From contig BLSG01000077.1 of assembly GCA_012862495.1 (NCBI GenBank), positions 39,411 to 102,537 on the forward strand: a stretch of DNA of 63,127 bases, read 5' to 3'. Each line of letters begins with the position of its first letter. The first letter of the stretch is position 1. Source of the DNA: Thraustochytrium aureum (taxonomy: Eukaryota). A program made the position numbers and the translations under genes. Positions 34,458-45,800 of this stretch are shown in pieces. The notes under the pieces were generated by a model. That model made no database searches, was not told where the DNA came from, and worked only from the letters and a program-made list of their open reading frames with translations.

Positions 34458-35186
34458 TCAGAATAGGCCACCAAAGCAGCCGGCCGGGCGCTCTTCAAAG
34501 TGCTCGCTGAAGCGATCCGGCTCGTTGCCCTCAGTCACGCGCGTGATGGGCATGAACGCCGGCCGGTTCTTGTCCTTGATGTAGCGCATCGCGTACGACA
34601 TTGCGAGGCCTCGCTCGGAGCTTGACGCCCCCTTGCCGACCCAGACCCAGATCATAAACCCATCGTCTACAATGAAGGCATCTTTGGTGTCAAGCTTGGC
34701 CTTGTTAATCTTGTTGTCGCTCTTGTCGGCGCGCGCGCGGCGCGCGAATTTCAGCGATCCCGACTTGTCGCTGAGCCTGTAGAGTTGCTTGCGGAAGGCG
34801 TCTACCTTCGTGTCGTCGCCGCCCTCGAGCTCGCCCTTGACGTCGTAAGAGCGCACTTTGATTCCCAAAAACCTGCGCTCCCCGGGGATGGCGTCCCAAA
34901 ACTCTGCAACGCCCTGGTCTCCCTGGTCCTCGTCAAGCGTAAACGCCTTGACCGACCCCCCGCGGTCGCTCACCACGCTGTCCACAAGAGACTTGGCCTT
35001 GAGCTTTTCGTGCGCGTTCGACTTTGCGCCGTTCCATTGATAGATCGTCTTTCCCAGGTCGAGGACGAAGACATCGCCCGAGTTCAGCGAGTCGCGCCGC
35101 AGCGCGACCTGCTTGAGGATGAGCGCCGACTTGACGCCCTTGATCTGATACAGCACGGGGTCGAACTGCTCGTCCTCCACATGGTT
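34458..35186 (-). CDS. Gelsolin/severin-family actin-binding protein, 3' part (5' in gap; possible first exon MRKVYK at 35839-35822)
   Basis: Two gelsolin repeats: SLNSGDVFVLDLGKTIYQWNG and LDTKDAFIVDDGFMIWVWVGKGAS...ITRVTEGNE. Confidence 0.9.
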   Translation of the reverse strand, partial: NHVEDEQFDPVLYQIKGVKSALILKQVALRRDSLNSGDVFVLDLGKTIYQWNGAKSNAHEKLKAKSLVDSVVSDRGGSVKAFTLDEDQGDQGVAEFWDAIPGERRFLGIKVRSYDVKGELEGGDDTKVDAFRKQLYRLSDKSGSLKFARRARADKSDNKINKAKLDTKDAFIVDDGFMIWVWVGKGASSSERGLAMSYAMRYIKDKNRPAFMPITRVTEGNEPDRFSEHFEERPAGCFGGLF

Positions 35187-35962
35187 NNNNNNNNNNNNNN
35201 NNNNNNNNNNNNNNNNNNNNNNNNNNNNNNNNNNNNNNNNNNNNNNNNNNNNNNNNNNNNNNNNNNNNNNNNNNNNNNNNNNNNNNNNNNNNNNNNNNNN
35301 NNNNNNNNNNNNNNNNNNNNNNNNNNNNNNNNNNNNNNNNNNNNNNNNNNNNNNNNNNNNNNNNNNNNNNNNNNNNNNNNNNNNNNNNNNNNNNNNNNNN
35401 NNNNNNNNNNNNNNNNNNNNNNNNNNNNNNNNNNNNNNNNNNNNNNNNNNNNNNNNNNNNNNNNNNNNNNNNNNNNNNNNNNNNNNNNNNNNNNNNNNNN
35501 NNNNNNNNNNNNNNNNNNNNNNNNNNNNNNNNNNNNNNNNNNNNNNNNNNNNNNNNNNNNNNNNNNNNNNNNNNNNNNNNNNNNNNNNNNNNNNNNNNNN
35601 NNNNNNNNNNNNNNNNNNNNNNNNNNNNNNNNNNNNNNNNNNNNNNNNNNNNNNNNNNNNNNNNNNNNNNNNNNNNNNNNNNNNNNNNNNNNNNNNNNNN
35701 NNNNNNNNNNNNNNNNNNNNNNNNNNNNNNNNNNNNNNNNNNNNNNNNNNNNNNNNNNNNNNCGAGCACTGCCGCGCCAACTCCAGCCCGCTCTCGCGTC
35801 TCGTGCGCCCTCCTCACTCACCTTGTACACCTTTCTCATTCGCGTGCCAGCAGGCCTGCATTGTTCGGGACACGCGCACACCCTCGTGCCACTCCAAACA
35901 GGTCTGCGAGTACACCTTGCAGCAGGCAGGCAGGCAGGCAGTGGTGGCGAGACGCACGAGCG

Positions 35963-36020
35963 CATGCATGGATGCATCGATGCATTGATGCATTGATGGA
36001 TGGATGGGTGGATGGATGGA
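35963..36020. repeat. ATGC/GATG microsatellite in the divergent promoter between gelsolin and the TRP gene
   Basis: catgcatggatgcatcgatgcattgatg...ggatggatgg seen directly. Confidence 0.75.
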
Positions 36021-36274
36021 GGTTCTCTTGCTGCCCGGTCTCGCGCAGGTTTCCCGTGGCCCGAAAAAGCGCATTTTGGTCGGTCCATTTTGCTGTCGAA
36101 CATTACCGTTGACAGCACCGAGCTGGGCTCGCCGGCAGTGCCGCAACGGGGCGTTGCGGACAGCGAACGCGCGCGTACGGGAGCGCGGCCGGCGGCGGAG
36201 GCGGAGGAGCAGGCGGCGCGGGGCGTGTTGGCGGCGCGGCGCGGGGCTTGGGGTTTTTGATCCCCGGGCTGTGG

Positions 36275-39200
36275 ATGGACGGGACCGAAGCCCAACCGAA
36301 GAAGCGCAGAGTCGTCAGGGACGCCGGAGCGCCGGCAAGCAGCGACGCGCGAGCGAGGCAGGCCGCAGGGGCCGCGCAAGAGACGGCGCAGGATAGCCTA
36401 GGCCCGGTCAGCGACGGCGGAATGGCGGAAAGGTGGGACGGAGCGGGGAAGCGCCCTCGGCAGCTGTTCTTGGTGTATTCTGACGACGCCAAAGTCGGCG
36501 ACGGCAAGGAGCGCGTATTCAAGGTGCCGATGAGCGAGCTGGAGGGGGTGCCTACTCGCGCAGAGCTGCTGGCGTTCGCGAGGAGAGCCGTGCCCGAGCT
36601 GCCCTTTTCGAGCGTTCTCGAAACAACAGGTTGCAACCCAAACTACGAGCTGCACTCCGATGCCGACCTCGCCGAGGTGTGGGCTGAGCAGCAAGACGCG
36701 CTGACGCTGCGCATAAGCGCACTCTCCGACAGTGCTAGGAGAGCCCTGAGCACACCGAGCATCGGCCAAAGCGCGGATTCTGAACCGGCGGAATCCAACA
36801 AGCGGACGCTCCTTGTAGTGAACGGTCGCGCGATGAGCATCCGCCAGCCCGACTCAAAATCGCACAGCGGGAAACAGGCAAATGACACCAGCGATGACCC
36901 ACAAGACCCGGAGGACCTCAGCGCTCTGGGCAACCTACGACCGATCATCAGCAACAACCGAAGCTCGCTGACAATGTCGTCACTCGAAGACCAGCTGAGC
37001 GCCCATCGCATCAGCTGGGGCAGCTGGAAGCTAGAGAATGGCAACAAGACCATCGAGGACCTATTTGACGAGCTACGGCACAACGTCTGCGACCTGTACG
37101 CGGACGGAGCCGGCGTCGTCCGCGTCGTCCGCCTCGTTCGCGTCAAGTTGCGGCACCCCGACTCTGGACGAATCCTCGTCAACGCCCTGAAAATGGTCAA
37201 TGGCAAGCGCAAACTGAGCAGCGTCAATCGCCTTCCAGCCTACAAATGCACGCGAGTAGAGCGCCCCTACGAAACAGCGCTTCACAACATCCAGCAGGAG
37301 CTTGGGCACGCTCTGTGGGGGCCCGTCTCGGACATCAGGCGCGGTGCGGGCGACGGACCAATGGACGAATATTTGTCATCCACCGCGCTCGTACAAGCGC
37401 ACAAGAATATGCGCGCGAAAGCCGAGTCGGGCTCCAGCTCTGCTTCGAGCACGACGGGCTTCGTCAGCCAGGTTTTGGACGTCCTTGACGGCCTCGAGTC
37501 CGCGCGTAGCTTGCCCGACCCGAGACTTCCGAGTATTCTGGAGATGGTCCAGCCTGCAGGGTTCGAAATGCCGAGCCACGAGCTCGGCAGCTCGTCATCG
37601 TTCCCCGGTCTGCGGACCATGTATTACATCAACACGCTCGTAGCGGAGATGTCCTCGGACCACGTCCCTCGTGAAGGCTCGTTCACGACAATCGACGAAA
37701 TCCGTCCAGACATCACCCGGCTTTGGCAGTGGATGCGCCCCGAAGACGTCGATTTGTGCATACTGGGTCAAGCCGGCAGCAAGGCAGAAGTCGCGTCGCA
37801 GACTCTCGCGATTCAGACCCAAGGCGGCGGGAGCGTTACGTACGTAGGCCGCAAAGTGCAAGAGCCCCCAGGCGCCAAGGAGTCGGCGCGACTGGTGCCT
37901 GGAAAACCCAACTTTGGTGGCGGGCTTGGCATCGAGATTCCAGCCATCAGCGCCGCTTTCTCCACGGCTAGGGGCATGGCTCGCAACCTGAGCCCAGCGA
38001 CTCTCGAGGGAGGGGGCCCTGCACCCGGCGACGTCTCAACACGGCAGGCTCGCGGGGAAATCGCGCCGGGTCTCGCTCACCGTTTCGCGGCATCGCTCCG
38101 CGGTCGTTTGCCTTGCAGCGCCGCGCCGAGCAATACCGGCAGCGCTTGTTGCAGACTGAGGGCGACCCGCCAAGCTCGCTCTACTCGCGCTTCATACAGT
38201 ACTGGTACCACGAGCGCAATCTGCAGCGAGAGTTCCTCGAGCAGGTCGAGCGCCAGAACAAACAAGCAAGCGCCTCGCTGCCTGCGCAAAAGGAGATGCT
38301 CACGGACAGCATCCTCTCCGGCTGGCTCAGCATGCACGGCGTCGACACGTCGCGATGGGGCACGGGCCAATCAAAGCATGTGCATCAGCTCGTCGAAGAA
38401 GTGCAAAAAGGCGAGGCTGACCTCATTGTTATCGACGCGCCTCATACCGGCGAGAGAGACCCGCGTCGCGCCGCGGACTTGCTGGCACCATCAGGCGCGC
38501 CAGGTCGATGCGCGGGGCTGGGCGCTTCAGTGGGACGTGTAAAAAGGCACTGCGTATTATTCGCGTGGCCAAAGTGGAGATCCTCCACCCGTCCGAGCCC
38601 GGCCTCGTTCTAGTCGAGACGCATCAGCAGCTTCCAGATGGCCGATTGCGCGTCCGCTTTAAGACGCTAAGCGAAAAGTTCAAGCCCGACGAGACGCCTT
38701 GGGCGGCAGCTGTGCGCGGCATCATCGAGGAGTTGTTCGAGCCAGACATCTACTCGGTTAACGAGCACGGGCGCCGCGTCGTGCGAGCCAGGCCTTCCGT
38801 GCAAGAGATGCGCGAGACCATCCGCGTCGTGGCCATGCACGCCCCGGTAATCGAGGTCACGCCTTCGCCCTCGTACCCTGGGCTGGAGACGCGCTATATC
38901 TTGCACAAGTTTTGCTGCATCGTGGGGGAGCTGCCAAACAGAGCGTTCCGCACGGATGAGCCCAACAAGCACGGCGGCTTTGTGACCCACTTTTGGCAAT
39001 GGGAGTCTCGCCAGCACGTGCTCAGCATGACGGGCTCGCTGATCAACCAGGTGCGGTTCTACCAAAACCTCGTTGCTGTCCAAGACCGCGACAGCAAGGT
39101 CCTCACCGACTGGCTGTTTGAGGCTGCCCGAGGCAACCAAGTCGATGTCATCAAGGTCCTCTGCGGATTCACTGATGCGGCTGCGCGGGACGACGACCCT

Positions 39201-42200
39201 GCGCGCGACCTCGGGTTTGCGCCCGCTCCGATCCGCAGCGGCGGGTCGCAGCGGCCGGCAAGCCCGCAAAGTCACGTCGCCGAGAACATCTCGCTCGAGT
39301 TTGAAAAGCTCGACCCTGGAGAGGTCACAGACAAGCGCCGATGCACGCCTCTGCGCGTTGCTGCGCTTGCGGGAGCCAACGAGGCAGTCGAGGTCTTGAT
39401 TCGAATCCAGCTCGCGAACGCAAGAACCCGCGCCCTCCGAGATGCTGTGTCGCCTCGGCCGCGCGAGGCCGACGCAAATTCAGCGGCCAAGAACGTGGAT
39501 ATTGTCAACCAGCCCGACGCTTTTGGGTGCACGCTGATCTTTTACGCATCTGTGGCGAACAGGGTCAGCCTCGTCCGGAGCCTGCTTTCCTCGAAAAATG
39601 TTGCGGTCAACTCTGTATGCCTGCACTCGTGCGTGTCCCGCGGCGCCGTGGACGTTCTGTCAATCCTGCTTCCGCGCCTACGCTTTGAGAGCACGTACAA
39701 GCCGCCGCGGCTTCTGTTCGGTGTGGAGCACGATCCTGGTGCAAACTTGTCGGATCCGGAGGCGCGAAAGGCCCTCCTGGTTTCCACGCCAAAGGCCGAT
39801 AACTTTGCCTACTTCAAGTCAATCCTGGATCACATCGAGGCAGAGCTGCACTTGGTGGCGCAGACCGAAAAGCTTATTGTGAAGGTGATGGCCGGCCAAG
39901 TGGGTTTGGCAGATCTCGCTCAAAGCCACCAAAGCAGCTTTGCAAGCACGGTTCGCCGTCGCTTGCTTGGGGACGTGCGGCACGCAGCCGACTCGCGGCC
40001 GCGGGATGCGCTGCAGGCTATGGTGGGCGCTGTTCAGGAAGGTCGGCGAGCCGGTGCGGCCGAGGCTCGCGCGTCACACCATCCGCTTGGCGATGAGCTC
40101 AACCACGTTGGCATGTCCAGCATCCTTCGCGCGCTAGAAGTTGTCTTGCAGTTTTGCAACCCGACCGCATACTACTACAAGAGCTTCCTTCGCGTCTACC
40201 TCCACAAGGTCATCGAGCTCGACGACCACGACTTGGAGAAGCTCGTATTTCGGGCCTTTCTCACACGGTCTCGCTTTCCTCTGCACATCGCGCTGATGAG
40301 TGCGCACGTCTTGCGCAGCACCATTGGTTTGGAGAAGCGGTTTTGGGACTCGTACCAACACCATGCGGAGGGGTTCCAGGACATCGTCTGCGCGATTCTC
40401 GACTGCTGCGAGGACCAGACGGAGGCGGAAGAGCTCCTCCGCGAGCGAGCTGACATCCCTTCGTGGCGGCGCGAGGACGGCTCTTTGGTGACGCGCCCTT
40501 TCGCGCACCGGCACAAGTCGACGTGCTCGTACCTGGCGATCAAGTACAGGCTCAAGAAAGTTGTGGCGCACAAGTTTTTCACGACGCAGAACGACGCGAT
40601 CTGGTTCAACAACGAGAGCGACAGCATGTACACGCGGGGCCTCGGGAGAATCAGCATGCTCAGCGGAACATTGATACAGTTTGAGAACTCTTCGACGGGC
40701 ACAGCCACGCAGATTGGCAAAGCTGGGGGCTCTGTCGCCTCGCGCAGCGTCTCGGCGGACGGTATCGGTTCGATCAAGAACGGGTCGACCCTCGCAAGGA
40801 CCAGCTTAGCAGGCAGTGGGCAAGACGGCAAGGCGAGGATCGATCTTCACAGGAAGACCCGCAAAGAGAGTGTCGTGGCCTTTGTGCTGCGCGTGCCAGG
40901 CCTCAAGGCGGTCATTCAGGGCACATACCGAGGAGGGGTCACAGTTCTCCTGTTGCTTTTGCTCGTCCTGCTGACCCCCGTGCTCTGGTTCGTCCCGTAC
41001 AGCTATCCTCTGCGGGCGCTGGTCGACATCCCGCGGACAGAGTTCGCTTGCTGCTATTTCAAGTGGTCGGTGTGGAGCATGTCCTACGTGGCGTACCTGG
41101 TCGCGTTCGCCAACCTGGCCACGGCCAACGCGGCTTCTCTGGAGCGCGTCAGTGGACCTCTCAACGAGGACGAGATTATCATGCTTGTCTTTTTCGTCGG
41201 CAATTGCGTCGGCCTTGGCGAGCAGATCTGGGACATCGGGCTTGGGCCATTCCTGCAGCACACGGTGAATCTGTTGGACTCGATCAGCAACGCGTTCGTT
41301 TTCGTGGCGTTTGCCATCCGCCTCTTGGCCAATGTGCAGAACCCGTCGTTTGACATCTGCATGAGCATGGGGGCGCTCACGTCCTCAATGCGCCTGTTTC
41401 ACCTCTTCAGCGCGTCCAAGGAACTCGGCCCGCTCTACATCACAATGCAGTACGTGATCTGGGACGTCGTCCGCTTTCTTGCGCTGCTTGGGGTCGTTTT
41501 CGTGGGGTTCATTCTCGCCTTTTTGTTTCTCATCGGCGGACGGGGTGTGAATGGGTTTGCTTCGGCGGGGGACACGTTCACTTCGCTTTTGTGGTCAGTG
41601 TTTGAGGCCTTTACGACGTACGACCCCAACCAGGGGTTCCAAACCGAGCTGTACCAGCTCTTCCTGTTCTTTTTCTTGCTCGTGGCCTCGATCCTGCTGC
41701 CGAACCTCCTCATCGCGCTCATGACCAAGCGGTTCGAGTCTGTGCAACAGACGGCGCGAATCGAGTGGCTGTTCTCCCTCGCACAGCTCATCGACAAGTA
41801 CTCGAGCATGACCATCTTGCCCCCGCCGCTAAACTTGCTGGTTGCGCCGCCCAACCTCCTGTTCAGAGCCATCCACCGCGGCCGCAAGTCGCTCTACGAT
41901 CCTGATTGCTTTTTTCTCGACGAGGTGGTCCCCGGGGCTTCTTCAAGCGCAACTGTGCATGCCTCTTCCGCGCCCCGCAGCGGCGCACCGCGCCGTCGCA
42001 ATTCTCACGTCGTGCCGTCCAACCCACCAGCAGCCGACGGCTCAACTACTCCGAATGCTGAGAAGCGCTCCCGGGGAGTGTTCCTGCCTATGGGCGAGGC
42101 AAGCAAAGCCGAGATGCAGACGCTCAATTTCCGCTCGACGCGGCGTGCCGTGGTATACCGGTTCGTGCGCAAGTGCCAGGTCTCGGAGGCGCAAAAGCGC

Positions 42201-42350
42201 GAGGTCAAGGACCGCCTGGAACACCTCTCCCGCGGCGTTGAGGACTGCAGAACGATGTTGGAATCGTGCTCGCAACGTCGTCGGGCTCGCTTCGCTGAAG
42301 AACCGGGCCACAGCGAGTTCATCACGGGGAGCGCTTGTGGGGCGCCTTGA
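36275..42350 (+). CDS. TRP-family cation channel with N-terminal tandem Nudix-like domains and ankyrin repeats; two frameshifts (between 37972 and 38115; ~38543)
   Basis: Joins ORFs 36248..38542, 38113..38613 and 38508..42350. Ankyrin motifs (TPLRVAALAG, TLIFYASVAN), six TM segments, ELGPL S4-S5 linker, pore helix LLWSVF, S6 PNLLIALM, TRP box EWLF and LPPPLNLL. Confidence 0.85.
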
Positions 42351-42435
42351 AGCCTTTGCGAGTGAACCCCGCGTTGCGAACTCGTCGCAGTGTCAGTGTG
42401 GCACAGGTTCAGCTTGCTCCTGGAGGACCTTGATC

Positions 42436-42487
42436 CGATAGTTTAGTTAGCTACGATTGCATCGCCGATAGTTTAGTCAGCTACGAG
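42436..42487. repeat. Direct repeat CCGATAGTTTAGT(T/C)AGCTACGA x2
   Basis: Two copies about 29 bp apart, just downstream of the TRP stop codon. Confidence 0.7.
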
Positions 42488-42858
42488 TGCATTGCCGATT
42501 GCGAAATCACTGCGGGGGCCCCGGCCGGCACACCCACTGGGTCAGGGCCAAGTCCGGCTTGCGGTCCTTCGTCGTCAGAGTCATCAGCCACAAGACAACA
42601 AGCTCAACCGCCGCCACACGAAAAAAAGGTTTAGGTTCGCAAATCGAAAAAATCGAATTAAATCGGTTATTTCAATGAAAAATCGGATCCCCGCTGATTC
42701 CCTAGAGTCGCTTCCTTCCGAAGGCCGCGCGCGGCGTTGCCGCCCGTGTGCTCGCCATCGACCACGGGGGATAACAGAGGCCCCGCGAACGAGGCGCCCG
42801 CGAAGGGGCACGCACCGGTGGCGGCGGGGCCGGACAGGCTGGACGCGAGCGAGCCGAG

Positions 42859-45800
42859 ATGCCCTCCACCATCAAAATTCGCGTCCTGGAAGCCCGCGAC
42901 CTTCCGGTGATGGACCGCACGTCCAACCTGACGGACGCTTTTGTGGAGATAAGGTTCGCAAACAACGTGTACCAGACCAACATCGTGCGCAAGACGCTCA
43001 ATCCCGTGTGGAAAGAGGATACGCGCTTTTCTGTTGCAGACGACTCGGAACTCCAGAACGAGCCTCTGGTGTTTCGGGTCATGGACCACGATGTCTACAG
43101 CGCAGACGACCAGATCGGCACCGTATACGTCGGCCTCGGACCCCTGCTACAAATGGCAGTTGAAAGCGTCGACGCGACGCACGGCCGAGCCTCTTCCAGC
43201 ATGCCAATTCGGACGAGCTCCGTGCCCTCCCCGTGGTACCGCGGCTCGCACAAGGACGGGCCAGCGCGCGGGCGTCACTTTGACGACGATCAGCTTGACG
43301 GGTGGTTTCCGATTTATGATACTCTCAACGGCATCCGGGGCGAGCTGCACATCGTGGTCAAGGTTTCGTTCTACGGTGACGAGAATCCGTTCAAGGAATC
43401 GTCAGCTGGTGTCCGGTTTTTCGCGACGTCTGTGCTCGAGCCCTCCGTACTGACCATCGGATGCGTTCTTGGCTTTGTAGAAGAGCTTGTCGTCGAATCT
43501 GACCCTGAATACGAATGGAGCGACAACTTTCGCACGGCGCGGAAGAGCAACGAGTTCAGGCAGGGGTTGCTCTACAAGCTCTCCAACCAGGTCCGGCGCC
43601 AGATCGGGAAAAAGGTTCTCGAACTCGGCGGCAACGCTGTAATAGGCTACCAACAAACCTTTGACGTCGAGGGGGACTCTGGACTTGTGTGCCGCGGAGC
43701 GGGAACAGCATGCATCATGAGCTCTGCGCAGCCAACTTTGGGGTTGGGCAACCTGGGCGCTGTCGAACCCTTCGGGAGAGGCTCGCTTCGCTTAGGGCAG
43801 AGCATCTCGGTCCCACCATGGCTTGGGCCTGGGGAGCAGTTTGGTCGAAAGGTGCTCATGTCGACGCCTCCGCTGACGAGCGCGTTCGCGCCAGCTCGAA
43901 TCCTGAGCCGGCGAAGCGGCCTTTCTTCTGTGGTGGACATGGGCAGCGTCGCTTACCCTCCAAACGCATACATCCACAAGGGCGCTGTCACCGTTAAGGG
44001 CTCCTCGCGTCCCGTGAGCGGCGTCATCGTGAACAAGGTCGAGCGCGGAAGGAGCGTCGATGGATCGGCCGTTGACTTTGAGGATGGGCGCGCCCTAACC
44101 GAGGAGGGAGGGGCAGCAAAGCATCTTGTCAATGCGCCCCAAGCGCACGACAGCGCGGCTGTCTCGACTGTCGGTGCAGGGGCGGGGCCGAGCTCGGGCT
44201 TGCGACTAGACGTTGCTGAAACCTCGTTTCGCAAGCACTCTGCGCTGGGCGCATCCGCGAACGAGGCGGCCCTCGGGGCGATTGACGCCGCGCGACACGT
44301 CGCCACTTTCATCCGCAAGATGCCAGGACTTGAAAATGAGGTTGTGCTGCTCACCATTGACGTGTTTCCGATCAACATTCGGCTCAGGCTGGGTGGGATT
44401 GTGGCTTCGCGATCCGTCAAGTTCCTTGGCCGGCTTGCGGCCAAGATTGCCGACCAAGAGACACGCGATCAGTGGTGGGCCGAGGTGCGCGAGGAGATTC
44501 GCTCGCACGCGCGCTCCCTGCACTGCCAGCACGTGATCGGCTACCGCGAAGAGTGTGTGGTGCACGACGATGTTTGTATCCTTCAAGCAACTGGAACAGC
44601 TGCTGTGGTATTGGGCGACAGGCCCGTGTGGAGCGTCGTGAACGACCAAAGTGTTCAACTTCGAGGAAGCTCTCTCACAGAGCCGGCTGCCCTACCCGCT
44701 GGCCTGGGGCGCGGCCAGGTGGGCGGCTCGCGCGAGCGCCAGGCGCGGGTTGTGTCGATCGCGCGGCGCGAGTCTGCGGCTGCCGACGCAGACGCTGGGA
44801 GCGGCAAAAGCGCCGATGGTCCTTCTTCATCGATAGCGGGTGGCGAAATATCAACGTCTATCGCGTGCGGTGGTGGTGCCTCCGAGGGCGAAACGCCAGG
44901 GCCGATTTTGAGTGTGCTGGCCAAGTCCGGCTCTGGACGGCCCGCTCCACTCGCCGTTCCGGGCCATGCGGACTGGACGAACGCGGCGACGGAAGCCGAC
45001 GTTCATGGTTCCAGCGGTTTTGGCGAAGCTGTTGGGGTTGGGGAGTTGACCAGCCCGAGACCCCTCAAGATGCTTGTGATGGAGATGCCGACCCCGTCAA
45101 ATGACACGGGAGTTTGGGGGGACATGGGGGGACGAGTCGACGCCCTCCCCCGTCGTGACAAGTCCCGATCTGCGCTCCTCTGTCGTGCCGCCGAAGAAAA
45201 GTGGGTACGTGGATACGGATCTCGAGCGCGGCGAGCGCCGAGCGAAAGGGACCGTTGCGCACAAGTCCAAGTACCGCAGCAAGACGCGCAAAAGGGCGGC
45301 CAAGAAGCAAGGGCAGCAAACGCGCTCGCACAGACATCGTTCATCCGCGCCCTCAAGCAAGACGCGTTCGAAGGGCGGACCCCCACAGCGAAGCGGTGTC
45401 GGCTCGGACGAAGCGCTACCGGCCGGGGGAGAAGGAGGAATGAGCCCACGACCGACCGAGGCGCTTCGACGCGCAAGGGTCGGGTCTGACCAGGCCTTGC
45501 CAGAGGACGAGCGCGGGCCGAGACCCGTCCCTGCCGCGGCGAGCGCTCGGCCAATCCTGCCGTGCTCGATCGTCCACGTCCCGTACCGCCATGACGCCGC
45601 CCCGTTTGCGAATATGCGGCTCGTGCCGTGCGGGCTTTGTCGCAAGAGGTGGGTTCCAGAGGTGATTTTGTCGACAATCGAGCCGCCTGCGTTGCTGCCC
45701 ATCACAGGGCACGGCGTTCTTGTGGAGGCCCGCATTTGCAGATCACGGCCCAAGCTCAACTCCAAGGCAGAGTCTCGTGAGGCGGACGCGTCTGTTGTGT

